The position numbers and the translations under genes were made by a program. DNA of 64,000 nt from Acidobacteriota bacterium (GTDB lineage: Bacteria; Acidobacteriota; UBA890; WLXD01), in NCBI GenBank assembly GCA_029263335.1, contig JAJCXS010000113.1:17071-81070 (forward strand), given 5' to 3'. Below, one piece after another: positions 1 to 9,443 of this stretch; the first letter of the stretch is position 1, and every line of letters starts with the position of its first letter. The notes under the pieces were generated by a model. It had not been told where the DNA came from. It saw nothing but the letters and a program-made list of their open reading frames with translations, and made no database searches.

Positions 1-1794
1 AGGGGCGCTGCGCTGTTCCGGTATCAACCGGAAACGTGCGTCCCTGATCAGCACGGCGGCGAGCACACCCACGACCACCAACCAGGCAATGTTCACTCCC
101 CAGGGCCGGGCCGAGACGTTTACCCAGGAGGGGAACCAACGCCACACCTCCCAGCCGTTAGGTGAAACCGCACGCAGCATCCAGGAAGCACGCACGCCAT
201 AGTCGTGGGGCAGCAGGGAGGGGTCCCACGCCAAGAAAGCTGTGGCGGCTGCCGCCAGCGTGACCAGCACGCCCCGTATCGCGGCCGGCACCGGTCGTGC
301 CTGCACACCGAGGCCCGCCGCCAGCGGCAGTGCCAGGACCCAGGCCACAGCCATGAGCGGACGCGCCGGAGGGCTTTGCCCGCCGAGTTGCTGCGACAGA
401 GCGTAGGGAGCCAGGTGTGCTGCGCCGATCATCATGAGAGCCAGCGCGAGGCGCCGGTCGCGCCGCCACACCAGCATGCCACCCGCGCCGACGACGAGAA
501 AGTGTGGCGCGACCGCCAGCAAGCCCTCTTTTTGGTCGAGAAAGTATCCCCCCAGGGTGCTCACCGCCCCCCTCCAATCCGCCACGTAGGCCCACCAGTC
601 GCCGCCGTAACCGGGCTGGCGCGTGAAGTTCGGGTCCGCGCCAAGATACACGGCTGACGGTGACAGCGAACCGTACAGACTCCAGGTGAACATGGCATGG
701 GCCGCCAGGGTGACCATCACGGGCGCGGCGACCCCCAGCATGCGCCTCACAGTCACACCTCCCAGAGCCATCCCGGCCACCGCAGTCGCCAGCATCAGGG
801 GGAGATACTTCACCCCGATCCAGGGAAGTAGCGCCAGGCACAGCCCGGCGGCTGCAGCACGTCGCCATCCTGTTCCCACGGTGAGCAAGAGGAAGCCCGC
901 CGCCGACAGGGTCATCGCTGGAACCTCGGGAAATAGGTGCAGCGGTGCGAACACCAGCGGCGCCAGCAGCACCGCGGCGGCGCCGCCGCGCAGGGCAACG
1001 GCCGCTCCTACGTGATGAGCAATCAGATGGACGAGGAGCCACGCGAACAGGGCATAGACCAAGATCTGCTGGAACCGCGGCAGCGCGACCGCCATCCACG
1101 GCGACACCTCCTGCCCCGCCGCGTACGCTGGCGCCAGAAACAGCGCATACCCGACACCGTGCATCGAGTACCGTGAACCGTCCTTCAGGCCCGGGCGGTA
1201 ATGCGGAGACAGATAGTCGGCGTGATAGCCGCCGAACACTCTGTCCCGGTAGTCGTCGGCCACGTCGAGGTCACCGTCCTCGACAATCGAATGGGCGACC
1301 GTAAGGTAGTGCGGCTCGTCCCCCTGCGGCGCAGGCCATACCGGCAGTAGTACCAAGCCCACCAGGGCCGCCCCGAACGCCACGATAGGCGCCGGGCGCG
1401 AACCGTCCACGACGGCCAGCAGACGCCAGGCGCTGACCAGCCCACCGACAGCCAGGCCGGCCAGCAAACAGAGGGGGGCCGGGTCGTGGAAGATCACCTC
1501 CCGCAGCGGCAGTGCCAAGCCAACCGCCAGCGACGACATCCATAGTGGCCGCAATGCCGCGCTCACCGATTCGGAGTCGGACTCGCCCGGCGCGATCGCT
1601 GCCACCAGCCAACCACCGAACCCCGCAAGCAAGAAAGACGGGAGGGCGTACCGGAGCAGAACGGTTTCCAGAACCGGCCCCCCGGCGCTCCAGAGGTTGG
1701 CGTCGGGAGCCACCGCCCGCATCAGGCCATACAGCAGACCAGCCATGCCGGCGGCGCTGGCCGCGGCAATATCCAGCGTCGGGCGGCGCCTCAT
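1..1794 (-). CDS. Polytopic membrane protein, probably a GT-C fold glycosyltransferase (ArnT/PMT-like). Its 3' end runs off the left edge of the window.
   Basis: By-eye translation of the minus-strand frame that the ORF track omits (no in-window stop). It gives a continuous hydrophobic protein with many Trp/Leu/Ala helices, e.g. FLAPAYAAGQEVSPWMAVAL, PRFQQILVYALFAWLLVHLI and a ..GDEPHYLTVAHSIVEDGDLD.. loop. The ATG at 1792-1794 reads MRRRPTLDIAAASAAGMA. The listed ORFs 158-1099 and 1271-1906 are in other frames and have non-protein-like composition. Confidence 0.5.
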   Translation of the reverse strand, partial: MRRRPTLDIAAASAAGMAGLLYGLMRAVAPDANLWSAGGPVLETVLLRYALPSFLLAGFGGWLVAAIAPGESDSESVSAALRPLWMSSLAVGLALPLREVIFHDPAPLCLLAGLAVGGLVSAWRLLAVVDGSRPAPIVAFGAALVGLVLLPVWPAPQGDEPHYLTVAHSIVEDGDLDVADDYRDRVFGGYHADYLSPHYRPGLKDGSRYSMHGVGYALFLAPAYAAGQEVSPWMAVALPRFQQILVYALFAWLLVHLIAHHVGAAVALRGGAAAVLLAPLVFAPLHLFPEVPAMTLSAAGFLLLTVGTGWRRAAAAGLCLALLPWIGVKYLPLMLATAVAGMALGGVTVRRMLGVAAPVMVTLAAHAMFTWSLYGSLSPSAVYLGADPNFTRQPGYGGDWWAYVADWRGAVSTLGGYFLDQKEGLLAVAPHFLVVGAGGMLVWRRDRRLALALMMIGAAHLAPYALSQQLGGQSPPARPLMAVAWVLALPLAAGLGVQARPVPAAIRGVLVTLAAAATAFLAWDPSLLPHDYGVRASWMLRAVSPNGWEVWRWFPSWVNVSARPWGVNIAWLVVVGVLAAVLIRDARFRLIPEQRSAP

Positions 1795-1848
1795 GGTGTC
1801 TGCGAAAGACCTCCGCCCAGCGCCGTTGCTGCCGGCATGCGCTCTGCC

Positions 1849-2421
1849 CTACAGGGTCAGGAGGTCCTTGCGCTTCGCCTCCGCCAGTTCGTCGATGCGA
1901 GCGCAAAAGGTGTCGGTAAGTTCCTGTACCTGTTGGTGCGCTCGACGCTCGTCGTCCTCGGAGATGTCCTTGTCGTGCTCGAGCTTCTTGACGGCTTCGT
2001 TCGCGTCGCGACGGTTCTGTCGCACTTCCGTCTTCGCGTGCTCAGCGACAACGCTAACCTGCTTGGCCAGCTCTTCGCGGCGCTCGGCAGTCAGCTCCGG
2101 AATCGGCAGGCGAATCACCTGGCCGTCGTTGCTCGGGTTGAGGCCAAGGTCGGCGCTGTGAATCGCCTTCTCGATGGCCGCGATGGCCCCTTTGTCGTAC
2201 GGCTGCACCAGCAGCAGCTGTGCATCCGCAGCCGACAGGTTCGCCAGCTGATTCAAAGGCGTGGACGTACCGTAGTAGTCGACCTGCACATCATCCAGGA
2301 CGGAGATGTTGGCACGTCCCGTGCGGATGGTCTGGAGTTCCTTGCGCACCGCCTCCAGTCCCGCGTTCATGTACTCCTGCGCGTCGATGAGCGCGTCCCT
2401 GACATTCTCGTTCACGTCCAT
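1849..2421 (-). CDS. frr: Ribosome recycling factor
   Basis: 190 aa with a typical RRF sequence (…RTGRANISVLDDVQVDYYG…) and typical length. It sits downstream of pyrH as in the canonical operon. Confidence 0.95.
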   Translation of the reverse strand: MDVNENVRDALIDAQEYMNAGLEAVRKELQTIRTGRANISVLDDVQVDYYGTSTPLNQLANLSAADAQLLLVQPYDKGAIAAIEKAIHSADLGLNPSNDGQVIRLPIPELTAERREELAKQVSVVAEHAKTEVRQNRRDANEAVKKLEHDKDISEDDERRAHQQVQELTDTFCARIDELAEAKRKDLLTL

Positions 2422-2425
2422 GGCC

Positions 2426-3172
2426 CTATCCTCTTGCCGGGTAAGTTTCGTCGGCGATCAGCGAGCCGATCACCTCCCCACGAATCGCCCGCACGATATT
2501 ACCGGATTCCTGCATGTTGAAGACAAGAATCGGCATGTCGTTCTCCCGACAGTGGCTCACCGCGGCGGAGTCCATTACCTGCAGGCGCCGGTCGAGCACG
2601 TCGCTGAAGGTTGTACGCGTGATGAGTTCGGCGTCCGCATGCACGGTCGGGTCGGCGGAATAGAGACCATCTACCTTCGTGCCTTTCATCAGCACGTCGG
2701 CGCCGACCTCCAGGGCCCGCAACGCGGCCGCCGTGTCAGTGGAAAAGAACGGGTTGCCGGTACCGGCGGCGAAAATCACCACCCGTCCTTTGGCAAGATG
2801 GCGCTTCGCACGGCGCCGGATAAAGGGCTCGGCCACCCGATCCATGGGAATCGCGCTCATGACGCGAGTATCCAGGCCCTGCTTCTCGAGACCGTCCTGC
2901 AGCGCCACGCTGTTCATTACCGTCGCCAGCATGCCGATGTAGTCGGCGCTGACCCGATCGATCCCCAGATCGGACGCGCGGATGCCGCGGAAGATGTTCC
3001 CGCCGCCGATGACGATGCCGATTTGAGCCCCGAGCGCGTGGGCATCACGCACTTCACCAGCCACGGAGCGAACGACCTCGTGGTCGATCCCGTACCCATG
3101 CTGGCCCATAAGGGCCTCGCCGGACAGCTTTAGCAGGACTCGCCGATAGCGTGGCGTTCCGCCGTCCGTCAC
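2426..3172 (-). CDS. pyrH: UMP kinase
   Basis: 248 aa with the UMP kinase signature LLKLSGEAL…[12 protein letters not shown]…, in the tsf-pyrH-frr order. Confidence 0.95.
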   Translation of the reverse strand: MTDGGTPRYRRVLLKLSGEALMGQHGYGIDHEVVRSVAGEVRDAHALGAQIGIVIGGGNIFRGIRASDLGIDRVSADYIGMLATVMNSVALQDGLEKQGLDTRVMSAIPMDRVAEPFIRRRAKRHLAKGRVVIFAAGTGNPFFSTDTAAALRALEVGADVLMKGTKVDGLYSADPTVHADAELITRTTFSDVLDRRLQVMDSAAVSHCRENDMPILVFNMQESGNIVRAIRGEVIGSLIADETYPARG

Positions 3173-3804
3173 TCGCTTTCCGGCTGCGTTGCGATCGCCA
3201 GCGTGGCAGCGCTGTCACCGATCGCGAAGCGGGCGAAACGGCTCACCACGATGTTCTCGCCGAGCGTCGCGATGGCGTCGGTGATCAGGTCCCCGACCTT
3301 CTTGTCGGTGTCCTTCACGAACGGCTGCTCGAGGAGACAAACCTCCGACAAATACCGGCCGACCTTGCCTTCAACGATCTTGTCGATGATCTGTTCCGGC
3401 TTGCCTTCGCCGATCGCCTGTTCCCGGTAGATGTGGCGTTCAGCCTCGAGCGCAGTCTGGTCCACGTCGTCACGGCCAACAAAACGCGGGCTTGCCGCCG
3501 CAACATGCATGGCGAGGTCCCCCGCCAAGGCAATGAAGTCCTCGTTGCGGGCCACGAAGTCAGTCTCGCAATTGAGCTCGACCATAACGCCGATCTTCCC
3601 GCCCATGTGGATGTAGGCCTCGACGCGACCCTCGGTCGCCTGTCGGCCGGCGCGCTTGGCCGCCTTGGCCTTGCCCATGGTACGCAGAAGCGTGATGGCC
3701 TCTTCGATGTCGCCGCCAGCTTCCTGAAGGGCCTTCTTGCAGTCCATGAAGCCAACGCCCGTGCGCTCGCGTAGCTCCTTGACGGTGGCCGCACTAATCT
3801 CCAT
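3169..3804 (-). CDS. tsf: Elongation factor Ts (short form)
   Basis: 211 aa. It has an N-terminal UBA-like [26 protein letters not shown] and the EF-Ts core. It overlaps the pyrH start by 4 nt. Confidence 0.95.
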   Translation of the reverse strand: MEISAATVKELRERTGVGFMDCKKALQEAGGDIEEAITLLRTMGKAKAAKRAGRQATEGRVEAYIHMGGKIGVMVELNCETDFVARNEDFIALAGDLAMHVAAASPRFVGRDDVDQTALEAERHIYREQAIGEGKPEQIIDKIVEGKVGRYLSEVCLLEQPFVKDTDKKVGDLITDAIATLGENIVVSRFARFAIGDSAATLAIATQPESE

Positions 3805-3870
3805 CTTTCTATTCCCTCAACAACGAGTCGTTTGAACTATTCGACGATCGAGAGTGATTACTCCGTCGCG

Positions 3871-4935
3871 TCATTCCTCTTCGGCATCGCCGTCACCCGA
3901 CTTGGCGCCGGAGTCAGCGTCGACATCTTCGGCTGCCGCGTCGTCGCTATCGCTAGCGGCCTCGGGCGCCGCCGCTTCCTCGACCGCCGGGCTGGCTTCT
4001 TCGCTGGCAGCGACTTCCTCGGAAGCCTCAGCCTCAACTACCTCTTCGGCGCCTGCGTCCGCCGCGGCCTGTTCAACCTCAACTTCCGCGGCCTCGACGA
4101 CGGGCTTCGGGGCCGACTTCTTCTGGCTCTTCTGGCCCTTCTTGCCAGCCTTGCCCTTGGCGGGCTCGGCCTTGGCGGGCTCGGCCTCGTCGCCGGCTTC
4201 GGCGTTCTTCTTGGCTTCGAGGGCCAGTGCCTTTTCCTCGACCATCGCGCCGTAGGTCGCGGCCCCATTGATGACTGCGTTCGCCGCCGCGCCACAGAAG
4301 AGCCGGATCGAGCGAATCGCATCGTCGTTGCCGGGGATGACAAAGTCGATCCCGTCGGGGTCACAGTTCGTGTCGCATACGGCGACCACCGGAATCCCCA
4401 ACTTGAGCGCCTCGTCTACAGCAATCCGCTCGCGGCGAATGTCGACGACGAAGACGACATCGGGCAAGCCGCCCATGTCCCTGATACCGATGAGGTTGCG
4501 CTGCAACTTGAAGCGTTCGCGCTCGAGACGAAGAACCTCTTTCTTGGTGAGGAGAGCGGAACGTCCGTCCTCCGCCATCGCCTCGAGATCCTTGTATCGA
4601 TCGATGCTCTTGCTGATCGTTTGATAGTTGGTCAGCAAACCACCCAGCCAGCGGTGGTTCACATAGTACTGACCGCACCGATCGGCCTCTTCGGCGATGA
4701 TGTTCTGCGCCTGACGCTTGGTACCGACAAAGAGCACCTTGCCGCCCTGCGCGGCCTCCTGTTCAAGAAACTCGAGAGCTTCCTGCCACCGCGCCCGCGT
4801 CTGTTGCAGGTCGATGATGTAGATGCCGTTGCGTTTCCCGAAGATGAACGGACGCATCTTCGGATTCCAACGCCCGGCCTGGTGGCCGAAGTGAACTCCG
4901 GCTTCGAGCAGATCTCGCAGCGATACGCTGACCAC
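3871..4935 (-). CDS. rpsB: 30S ribosomal protein S2 with a roughly 110-aa acidic Ala/Glu-rich C-terminal extension
   Basis: GTG start. The N-terminus [45 protein letters not shown] is classic S2. The body is followed by low-complexity [18 protein letters not shown]…DGDAEEE. Confidence 0.95.
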   Translation of the reverse strand: MVSVSLRDLLEAGVHFGHQAGRWNPKMRPFIFGKRNGIYIIDLQQTRARWQEALEFLEQEAAQGGKVLFVGTKRQAQNIIAEEADRCGQYYVNHRWLGGLLTNYQTISKSIDRYKDLEAMAEDGRSALLTKKEVLRLERERFKLQRNLIGIRDMGGLPDVVFVVDIRRERIAVDEALKLGIPVVAVCDTNCDPDGIDFVIPGNDDAIRSIRLFCGAAANAVINGAATYGAMVEEKALALEAKKNAEAGDEAEPAKAEPAKGKAGKKGQKSQKKSAPKPVVEAAEVEVEQAAADAGAEEVVEAEASEEVAASEEASPAVEEAAAPEAASDSDDAAAEDVDADSGAKSGDGDAEEE

Positions 4936-4945
4936 TTAGCCTCTC

Positions 4946-5338
4946 CTAACGCTTGCTGAACTGGAACCGCGCACGCGCGCCGCGTTGACCGTACTTCTTG
5001 CGCTCGACCTTACGAGCATCGCGCGTCAGCAGCCCTTTCTCCTTGAGCGCCGTCCGGCGTTCAGGATCGGCATCGAGTAGCGCGCGAGCAATACCATGGC
5101 GCACTGCGCCCGCCTGACCAGAAGGGCCACCGCCTGTCACGGTTACGTGAAGGTCATACGTTTCGGCGGCATCCACCGCCTGCAGTGGCTCCATGACCGC
5201 ACTCTTCTGAGTCCCGGTCTGAAAGTAGTCTCCCAGCTCGCGCCGGTTGATCGTGATCTTGCCCGAGCCCGGGCGCAGGAAGACTCGGGCGACCGAGGTC
5301 TTGCGTTTGCCGGTGCCGTAGTACTGCACGTCCGCCAT
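4946..5338 (-). CDS. rpsI: 30S ribosomal protein S9
   Basis: An internal Met was chosen. [20 protein letters not shown]…[18 protein letters not shown] is 130 aa of full-length S9. The 79 codons upstream in the listed ORF are composition-driven read-through. Confidence 0.93.
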   Translation of the reverse strand: MADVQYYGTGKRKTSVARVFLRPGSGKITINRRELGDYFQTGTQKSAVMEPLQAVDAAETYDLHVTVTGGGPSGQAGAVRHGIARALLDADPERRTALKEKGLLTRDARKVERKKYGQRGARARFQFSKR

Positions 5339-5354
5339 TCTGATCTCCGTACCT

Positions 5355-5783
5355 CTAGCCTTCGTAGGGCTGGGGTTGCTGTGCCGCGTGCGGATGCTCG
5401 CTACCGGCGTAAACCCGCAGCTTCCGATACATTTCCCGGCCCAAAGTGTTCTTGGGTAGCATTCCCTTGATCGCGAACTCGACGACGCGCTCGGGATGCT
5501 CCTCGAGCATACGCTCGACGCCGGTTTCCTTGAGCCCGCCAGGATAGCCGCTGTAGCGGTAGTACTTCTTGGCATCGAGTTTGTTGCCAGTCAGCACGAT
5601 CTTCTCGGCGTTGATGATGACGACGTGATCACCAACGTCCAGGAAAGGCGTATACGAGGGCTTGTGCTTACCCATCAGCAAGCGGGCCACCGAAGTAGCC
5701 AGCCGGCCGAGGATTTGCCCGTCGGCATCCACCGTCCACCACTGGCGCTCGATTGTCTTTGCAGACGGGAAAGGGGTGCTCAT
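5355..5783 (-). CDS. rplM: 50S ribosomal protein L13
   Basis: 142 aa ([30 protein letters not shown]…) in the rplM-rpsI gene pair. Confidence 0.95.
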   Translation of the reverse strand: MSTPFPSAKTIERQWWTVDADGQILGRLATSVARLLMGKHKPSYTPFLDVGDHVVIINAEKIVLTGNKLDAKKYYRYSGYPGGLKETGVERMLEEHPERVVEFAIKGMLPKNTLGREMYRKLRVYAGSEHPHAAQQPQPYEG

Positions 5784-5841
5784 CTCTTCGACCTTGTTTC
5801 AGCCCGCCAATTCAGCGGATTGCCTGTGTTCACGTTGTCTC

Positions 5842-7938
5842 TCACCCGCCGACCGAGGCGCGATCCTCGTCCGTCAGTGCCTTGACGGACAGTCGCACGC
5901 GGTTCGGCGCCTCGATCTTCACGACCTTGACGATGATCTCCTGACCTTCCTCGACGTGCTCGCGCATGTCCTCCACGTGGTGGTCGGCCACCTCGGAGAT
6001 ATGCAGCAAACCGTCGGTTCCCGGCAGGATCTCGACAAACGCGCCGAAGTCCTTGATGGACCTGACCTTGCCACGGTAGACCTTACCGACTTCGGCCTCG
6101 GCCGTCAGGTCCTGGATACGGCGCTTGGCCAGCTCGCACGCCTCGGCATCTGGCGAAGCGATCTGCACGGTGCCGTCGTCCTCAACGCTGATCTTGCAGC
6201 CGGTCTCGTCCTGCATACCGCGGATGATGCGGCCACCCGGGCCGATGATGTCGCGGATGCGGTCCACCGGAATCTGCACGGTCACAATCTGCGGTGCCCA
6301 CTGGCTCATGTTCGCGCGCGGAGCCTCGAGGGCTTCACTCATCTTGCGAAGAATGTGCATGCGATTCTCGCGCGCCTGACCAAGGGCTTTCTCGAAGATC
6401 TCACGCGACAGCCCGGACACCTTGATGTCCATCTGCAGGGCGGTGATGCCCTTCGGCGTGCCGGCAACCTTGAAGTCCATGTCGCCGTAGTGATCTTCCT
6501 CGCCAGCGATGTCGGAAAGAACAGCGACCTTGTCGCCTTCCTTCATGAGCCCCATCGCCACACCGGCCACGGGTGCCTTGATCGGCACACCCGCGTCCAT
6601 CAGCGACAACACGCCGCCACAGATGCTGGCCATCGAGGACGACCCGTTGGACTCGAAAATGTCCGACACCAATCGGATTACGTAGGGCCACTCACTCTCG
6701 TCGGGGACCACCGGCAGAATCGCCCGCTCGGCCAGGTTTCCGTGGCCAATCTCGCGACGGCCCGGGCCGCGCATGAAGCGGGCCTCACCGACACTGAACG
6801 GCGGGAAGTTGTAGTGGAGCATGAAACGCTTCCACGTTTCGCTGTGGTACTCCTCCACTTTCTTGGCGTCGTCGCCGGTACCGAGAGTCGCGGTTACCAG
6901 CGCCTGCGTCTCGCCGCGCGTGAACAGCGCCGAGCCATGCACGCGTGGCGCGTAGCCAACCTCGGCCGTGATCGGCCGCACTTCATCGAAAGCCCGACCG
7001 TCGAAACGAACGCCCTCATTGAGAGCCGAATGGCGGGTCGCGCGCTTCACCAGCTCGCCGATCGCCTCACCGGCCTGGCCTGCCCAGCCCTCGTTCTCTT
7101 CGGTGACCGCGGCCTTGAGTTCACCCTTGATCTCGCTCATCGCGTCGCGGCGCTCGATCTTGTCGGCAATACGCAATGCTTCACGGATCCTGTCACCGCC
7201 GAGCTCATCAACACGAGCTACCAGATCAGCGTCGATCTCGGTGGGCACGAACACGCGCTTCACCAGGTTCCGCTGCTCGAGCATGCGGTCCTGCATGTCG
7301 ATGAACGACTCGACAAAGGGCTGCACGAACTCAAGCGCCCCGATGACCTCGTCTTCGCTCACCTGTTCGGCGCCAGCCTCCACCATCATCACCGCATCGC
7401 GGCGGGCGGCCAGGATCATGTTCAGGCGCGAACCTTCGATCTGCTCCATGGTGGGATTGATCGAGTAGCCGTCATCGTCCAGCCCGACGCGAAATGCAGC
7501 GAACGGAGTCGTGAAAGGAATCCGGGAGCAATACAGCGCCACGGAAGCGCCGAGCTTGGCGAGAATCGCCGGATCGTTCTCGCGATCCGCCGAGATGACC
7601 CAACCGATGACCTGCGTCTCGTGACGGAAGCCTTTGGGAAAGAGCGGCCGGATGCTGCGATCGATCATCCTCGAAGTGAGAACTTCCTTCTCGCTCGGCC
7701 GGCCCTCTCGCTTGAAGAAGCCACCGGGAATCTTGCCGCCAGCGAAAGCCCACTCCCGATAATCCACCGTGAGCGGCAGAAAGGACGCGTCCTTCGGCTT
7801 CGGGTCCATTACCGCCGTGACGAGTACCTTGGTATCGCCGCAGCTCACGACGACGGCGCCATCCGCTTGGCGCGCCACCTTGCCCATCTCGAAATGGACT
7901 GTCTTTCCGTTCAGGTCGATGCTGTCTTGCACGATCAT
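5842..7938 (-). CDS. pnp: Polyribonucleotide nucleotidyltransferase (PNPase)
   Basis: Two RNase PH domains plus KH and S1 domains. The start was set at MIVQDSIDLNGKTVHFEMGKVARQADGAVVV, which matches PNPase N-termini and is preceded by a GAGGAAAAA ribosome-binding site. The 25 codons upstream in the ORF are an in-frame leader. Confidence 0.95.
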   Translation of the reverse strand: MIVQDSIDLNGKTVHFEMGKVARQADGAVVVSCGDTKVLVTAVMDPKPKDASFLPLTVDYREWAFAGGKIPGGFFKREGRPSEKEVLTSRMIDRSIRPLFPKGFRHETQVIGWVISADRENDPAILAKLGASVALYCSRIPFTTPFAAFRVGLDDDGYSINPTMEQIEGSRLNMILAARRDAVMMVEAGAEQVSEDEVIGALEFVQPFVESFIDMQDRMLEQRNLVKRVFVPTEIDADLVARVDELGGDRIREALRIADKIERRDAMSEIKGELKAAVTEENEGWAGQAGEAIGELVKRATRHSALNEGVRFDGRAFDEVRPITAEVGYAPRVHGSALFTRGETQALVTATLGTGDDAKKVEEYHSETWKRFMLHYNFPPFSVGEARFMRGPGRREIGHGNLAERAILPVVPDESEWPYVIRLVSDIFESNGSSSMASICGGVLSLMDAGVPIKAPVAGVAMGLMKEGDKVAVLSDIAGEEDHYGDMDFKVAGTPKGITALQMDIKVSGLSREIFEKALGQARENRMHILRKMSEALEAPRANMSQWAPQIVTVQIPVDRIRDIIGPGGRIIRGMQDETGCKISVEDDGTVQIASPDAEACELAKRRIQDLTAEAEVGKVYRGKVRSIKDFGAFVEILPGTDGLLHISEVADHHVEDMREHVEEGQEIIVKVVKIEAPNRVRLSVKALTDEDRASVGG

Positions 7939-8040
7939 GTTGTTTTTCCTCGAAGCCGCACAGCGATTTTCGACGCGGTCGGGGCTGCAGCGCATGCCGA
8001 TTGGCCGGGCCACGCGTCGAACCGAGGAGTTCTTACAAGA

Positions 8041-8100
8041 CCGCTAACAACCGCTTCCGCTTCTTTTCCCTTGCCGCTTCCGCTATCCGCTTTCTGTTCC
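8041..8100 (-). repeat. Purine-rich direct repeats (GCGGAAGCGG twice, plus GCGGATAGCGGAAGCGG) in the rpsO-pnp intergenic leader
   Basis: On the mRNA strand the sequence reads …AGCGGAUAGCGGAAGCGGCAAGGGAAAAGAAGCGGAAGCGG…. It lies between the rpsO stop and the pnp ribosome-binding site. Confidence 0.6.
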
Positions 8101-8125
8101 GCTCGCGTTGCTATGTCCGCAGTAA

Positions 8126-8383
8126 CTACCGGCGCAGGCCGAGGCTGGCAATCAGCCCCTGGTACCGCGCTACGTCTTCACGACGCAGGTAGCCCAGCAA
8201 GCGACGACGCTTGCCCACCAACATCTGCAGCCCACGCTGAGTCGCGTAGTCCTTTCTGTTGGCCTTCATATGCTCTGTGAGATGCTTGATCCGAGAGGTC
8301 AGCTGAGCAACCTGAACCTCAGGGGAGCCCGTATCCGACGGATGTTGCCGGTACGTTTCGATTTCAATAACTTCCGTGCTCAT
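8126..8383 (-). CDS. rpsO: 30S ribosomal protein S15
   Basis: An internal Met was chosen, giving 85 aa ([52 protein letters not shown]…) in the classic rpsO-pnp arrangement. Confidence 0.93.
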   Translation of the reverse strand: MSTEVIEIETYRQHPSDTGSPEVQVAQLTSRIKHLTEHMKANRKDYATQRGLQMLVGKRRRLLGYLRREDVARYQGLIASLGLRR

Positions 8384-8528
8384 TAGACGAACTGTTTCCT
8401 CAATTGCTGAGCCGCGTGACACCCGGCGCTGCACGGACGTGCAGCGGTGAGACACACTCGTGCCGGGCGAACTGAAAAGCTAGCACGGGTTCGCAACGCT
8501 GTAAACGCGCTTTCAACCGCCGTGGAGA

Positions 8529-9443
8529 TCAACCGAGCACGACGCGCGGCTGCAGCATGCCTCCCGGGAGGAGTTCCGCGGCAGCCAGAAACGAGCCATC
8601 CGGACGCAGCACTCGGACCCAGTCGCCGTGCGTCGGATCTTCCCCCGTCCCGCGCCGGCGCTCCGCCACGCCGTTGGGCTCGATAACGCCGCCGTTCGCG
8701 ACCACCCCGAGCCCGATTTCGTTCACCACTGCCGTCGCCCAGTCGGGAAACATGGCGGCTGGATCGAGCGTCCGTTGCCACAGTTCCTCGAGTTCGCCTT
8801 CCACGAGTTGATCCCAGGTAACCGCCGATTCGAGCCCAAAGCTACCGACCCGAATGCGGCGAAGTTCCGCCAGATGGGCGGGAATCCCGAGCCTGTCGCC
8901 CACGTCCTTGGCCAGCGTACGGACGTAGGTTCCGGAACTGCAGTGGACAACGCAACGAATCTCCGCTCCTGCCACCTGAACATCGCTGATGTCGTAGATG
9001 GTGACGGCGACGGGCTCGTGGTGGACCACCTCTCCACGCCGCGCGCGCTTGTACGCCGGCTGGCCGCGGATCTTCTTGGCCGAGTAGGCCGGTGGAACTT
9101 GTTCGATTTCGCCCTCGAACTCGGCCATCACCGCGGCGACGCGCTCCAGGTCGAGTTCCGGCACCGGTACCGGCTCGGCCAGGGCCTCGCCGTCGGCGTC
9201 ATAGGTGTCGGTCGCCCACCCTAGGCGAATGACACACTCGTACACCTTGTGGGTCTGCTGCAGGAATCTGGCCAGCCGCGTGGCCTTGCCCAGGCAGATC
9301 AACAGAACTCCCGTTGCCCTGGGGTCTAGCGTGCCAGTGTGCCCCGCCCGACAGCGCAATTGCCGGCGAACCTTCTGCACAACATCGTGTGAGGTCATCC
9401 CGGCGGGCTTGTCGACCACCAGCATTCCCGAAGTTCGACTCAT
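8529..9443 (-). CDS. truB: tRNA pseudouridine(55) synthase
   Basis: 304 aa with VVDKPAGMTSHDVV…GHTGTLDP (catalytic Asp motif), in the canonical infB-rbfA-truB-rpsO-pnp order. Confidence 0.9.
   Translation of the reverse strand: MSRTSGMLVVDKPAGMTSHDVVQKVRRQLRCRAGHTGTLDPRATGVLLICLGKATRLARFLQQTHKVYECVIRLGWATDTYDADGEALAEPVPVPELDLERVAAVMAEFEGEIEQVPPAYSAKKIRGQPAYKRARRGEVVHHEPVAVTIYDISDVQVAGAEIRCVVHCSSGTYVRTLAKDVGDRLGIPAHLAELRRIRVGSFGLESAVTWDQLVEGELEELWQRTLDPAAMFPDWATAVVNEIGLGVVANGGVIEPNGVAERRRGTGEDPTHGDWVRVLRPDGSFLAAAELLPGGMLQPRVVLG

Noticed and set aside
158-1906. Minus-strand ORFs 158-1099 (313 aa) and 1271-1906 (211 aa), and plus-strand ORFs 205-657 and 623-1015.
   Set aside because: All have low-complexity R/G/A/P-rich translations. 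A third minus-strand frame gives a coherent polytopic membrane protein across the whole region, so these ORFs are artefacts.
4038-4364. A 108-aa highly basic ORF (KRP-rich, histone-like) on the minus strand.
   Set aside because: It is an alternative frame of the Ala/Glu-rich rpsB C-terminal tail region. Its composition mirrors the real frame, and it has no independent start context.
5662-8280. An 872-aa plus-strand ORF, plus many other very long ORFs (20404-22101, 24873-26057, 26029-27759, 46166-47950, 47746-48867, 48868-50295, 51755-52696, 56893-57807, 63009-63965).
   Set aside because: Each lies antisense to a well-supported conserved gene (pnp, dnaE, priA, gcvP, proS, accC, pilP). The translations are Arg/Ala/Gly/Pro-rich with no protein-like motifs. 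They are the expected stop-codon-poor antisense frames of a roughly 67% GC genome.
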